Assembly (NCBI GenBank): GCA_024704765.1
Contig: JAKMXF010000343.1
Span: 744,001 to 808,000 of the forward strand
Reading direction: 5' to 3'
From: Oopsacas minuta
Taxonomy: Eukaryota; Animalia; Porifera
DNA: 64,000 nucleotides
Below, piece after piece: positions 61,098-64,000 of the stretch; the stretch's first letter is position 1, and the number at the start of each line of letters is the position of its first letter. The position numbers were made by a program, and so were the translations under genes. The notes below the pieces were generated by a model. The model was given only the letters and a program-made list of their open reading frames with translations, was not told where the DNA came from and searched no databases.

Positions 61098-61143
61098 CTC
61101 CTTGCTCTTTCTGTTTCTCAAAGATTAAAATTTCTTCAAGAAT
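61098..61143 (-). CDS. MFAP1: MFAP1 internal exon A (46 nt; ILEEILIFEKQKEQG + 1 nt)
   Basis: Minus-strand acceptor ...ttttctatag and donor gtacc. Ends in phase 1 and joins exon B in frame. The joined peptide ILEEILIFEKQKEQGVAETDEVIVTDDENDEIE matches the spacing of human MFAP1 IVEEETKKELEENKRSLAALDALNTDDENDEEE (recalled). This is the weakest exon by sequence alone. Confidence 0.7.
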
Positions 61144-64000
61144 CTATAGAAAATTAAATACATCCACATAAAACGAAATAAAACATTATACGAGCAAAAA
61201 TTAATACGAAAAGTGAGATAGACTTAACTCAGAGAATATTAAAACTATCAATTGTCATATAAACCTAAGCGGAAGAAACTCTTTATACCAATGTTAGAAG
61301 AGAGATAGTAACTATGAACTAACTGAGAAATTAAGCAAGTGTCTATACTCTTCGCTTTCCATAGAGTATGCAGGATAAATTCACTGATCCCGGGGAAATA
61401 CACCCTACACAATGGGCATTATTGGCAGCCTAAGTAGAATAGACGTGTATCGTACATTTATAATTATGAAAAATTCGTTCGAAAGTATATCGATGATGGA
61501 TCAAAATAACGTTTGGAGAAAGATTTGATAGAGTTTTACCTTATTTCAGTTAAATTGGAGGATTTGTTATTTATGTTACAGAAATATTGATATTATAGTA
61601 ACCTGCATGATCTAGAAAATATTCACAATGTGGCAAACTTTGAGCAAATGCTGGTTTCCAGAGATATTTTCCAGCCTATTCATTCAGCAAACAGTAAGAA
61701 CTGAGCGCAATACTAAACAAAGTTATGTAAGATATATATATATAAATGAAATCAGCAATTACACAGTAGATGGACAAAGTATATTTGTTTTATATGTGTT
61801 AAATGAATTGTGATTAGTTTCCTCGTTATTTTACTAGATTTTTCAAAAACTAGTTAGATAAAGTATAGATTACATGAATAAATAATAGCATATACTGATT
61901 CTTAACAAGATAATAATATTCATTACACATACTTAATTTACCTAATGATTGAGCACAAATATAAAGAATATCATTATATTGAAACTTTTAGGAGATATAG
62001 CCATCAAATGTTAGCAAAACATACTGTGCCCCTCCGAGCGGGGTAAATATTGTATAATTATTGAATAAAAATAAATAAGATGCATATTTATATAAAGAGA
62101 TTAAGCGTAACGAATGGTAACAATTTGTTCCAATACATTTTAGATGTCGGACTTTACAAATTATTGTTGTCCGATTCATATGAACTAAATTAACATACAC
62201 AAATATAATAAATTCACGTTGGAAGGGCCACAAGGAAAAAAACGACGAACATATATATCTATTCAAATGTACAAAAGAAATTCAATCAATTTCAAATATC
62301 TATACTTGTATCGTGTCATTGAAGTCAATTGATTTTCTTCAAACCGCAAGAATTTAAATTCCTAAAATTTGGCATGATGAGGTTTAATATGGATTAATTA
62401 TTGATTAATATAAACTCCAACCAAGTTTAAGGTGCTCAACAAAATTCAGGTGAATTGATTGGATAATGACTGATATTTCAGTGTTAATCTGTGGTACATT
62501 GCGCTGGTAACTTCATACACGTAGTCAAATTTATGTTCTATTACATTGATGTGATTGGATTTCATTGAAGGATTATAAAATATCTCCATTATAAGTTGTT
62601 TAACACATACAGTTAAGATGTCCATCACATTCGCAACGGCGTAACTAACTGCTGTGTCACAGTGCTATCCCTAATTTACTGTCTGATCGACTGGTGGTTC
62701 ACTATGATATTCCAAAAGATACGACGTGAGCTATCGGTGGGCGACAAAAAATACAAATCAAGTGAAAATTTTATTTCAGTATTGTAATTATGCCATTTAT
62801 AATGGTTAGGTCTATTGAAATAGCGATAATAGGCTCTTAGCTTGGCATAAATTTATATGACACAAAAGTTTTAAATGTATTTTAGAGAAATTTCAAAACT
62901 AGTATATTTGTTAGATTAAAGCGATAAGATCTGAAAGTCCTGATAATTGCGCGAAATAGGCAAATATGACAAGTATCTCAAGATGAAATAATATTCTCAA
63001 AAATGATTTCTTGAAAATATTGGTGATGCCAATAGTAAGTCAATATTTTTGTATAGCTTCAATTTACTGTCGCGACGCGAAAGTGTAATACGTTCCCAAT
63101 TAGCAAGTATTAATAATATGAATTGTAAGCTAATTTGATAAATTCATGAATTAATTTGTCAATTAGATTGCGAGTCAGTCTGGGAAAATACTATTCCAAT
63201 CAGGAAGCTCTTTCTTTTCGTTGAGTCTGTTGCATGATATCTTGAGACGCATGGTAGATTGAGATACTATGATAGATTGAGACACTACTATAAAAGCAAG
63301 TAATAACTTAATTTAGTTGGTTTCTTGTCGTAATTCATAATGAAAATAAAATATAATGAGACCCCAACTTTATGAGTCTCACTTCAGATGGTCCAAAATC
63401 ATAAGTGGAATTAGGCTCCTGAGTCTGTGTAGGCAAAATGACCTCGTACAACCCGTCATATACGTACTGGGGCCCAGTTGGGCCCAACGGTGGCTCCTGA
63501 GAGTTTGAATATCCAGTAATTAACTGCTTCATCCGCTCTTAAATTATACAATATCAGAGCGTAGTTGTCAATTTCACGGATCCCATAATCGGCCAGGCAT
63601 TATACTCACTGTAGAAGCTAGCACTCATACGTGCTACCACTAAGTTGAAACTCTCTGAGGTACATTTGTACCTAACTTGGACATTTAACTATAAATTTTA
63701 AGCCATGACTCATGGGAATTCTTTACAGTAAGTTGTTAGGGCAGGGACATATTCTGCAATTGGGCATGCGCATACAAAAGAGGTCAGTTTGACCAATTGG
63801 TCCGCCTATATATTACCTATATAGTAAATACTAGATGGTTATGTGTATGTGTGCTAATTCATTTGTCCAGAATTAATTGTGAAACTATAGGTCGTAGAAA
63901 GCTGAAAATTTCCAAAGAGAGATAACTTTATCCTACGACAACGATCTACTGGTTTTTGAAGCGATATCGCCAAGCCTTTACCGAGAGGGGTGATAAAATG

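Noticed and set aside
61950-62650. Faint resemblance to a Polinton minor capsid protein (VTNGNNLFQY...SYEL)
   Set aside because: Many stops, only a few low-complexity matches, and no polB, ATPase, integrase or major capsid nearby.
1-64000. tRNA, rRNA, snoRNA or SINE genes; prokaryotic operons or defence systems
   Set aside because: No cloverleaf, A/B-box pair or rRNA-like sequence was recognised. Spliceosomal introns and eukaryotic TEs show this is nuclear eukaryotic DNA.

Overview
AT-rich eukaryotic (probably invertebrate animal) genomic DNA. No prokaryotic genes, RNA genes or CRISPR arrays were found. The window lies mostly or entirely inside one host gene on the minus strand, the spliceosomal factor MFAP1. 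Five short GT-AG exons (46, 53, 62, 163 and 90 nt) splice into an open 138-codon MFAP1 C-terminal segment spread over about 49 kb; the 5' and 3' exons were not found in the window. The introns are full of decayed transposons: seven mariner (DD34D) copies or fragments, a DD37E Tc1-like element split by a DD37D maT element, several hAT remnants, three Chapaev3-type elements, Helitron-like repeats, MITEs, a LINE 3' end and Gypsy fragments. The standout is a structurally complete but inactivated Transib/RAG1-like transposon (15058-17991). It has a perfect 5-bp TSD, termini starting CACAATG/CACAGTG (the RSS heptamer), unequally spaced sub-terminal motifs, and an N-terminal segment that aligns by eye with the RAG1 nonamer-binding domain; there is no RAG2-like partner. 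A four-level nested insertion (Helitron > Chapaev3 > Chapaev3 > pogo MITE) can be reconstructed base by base. All family assignments come from motif recognition by eye, not database searches.
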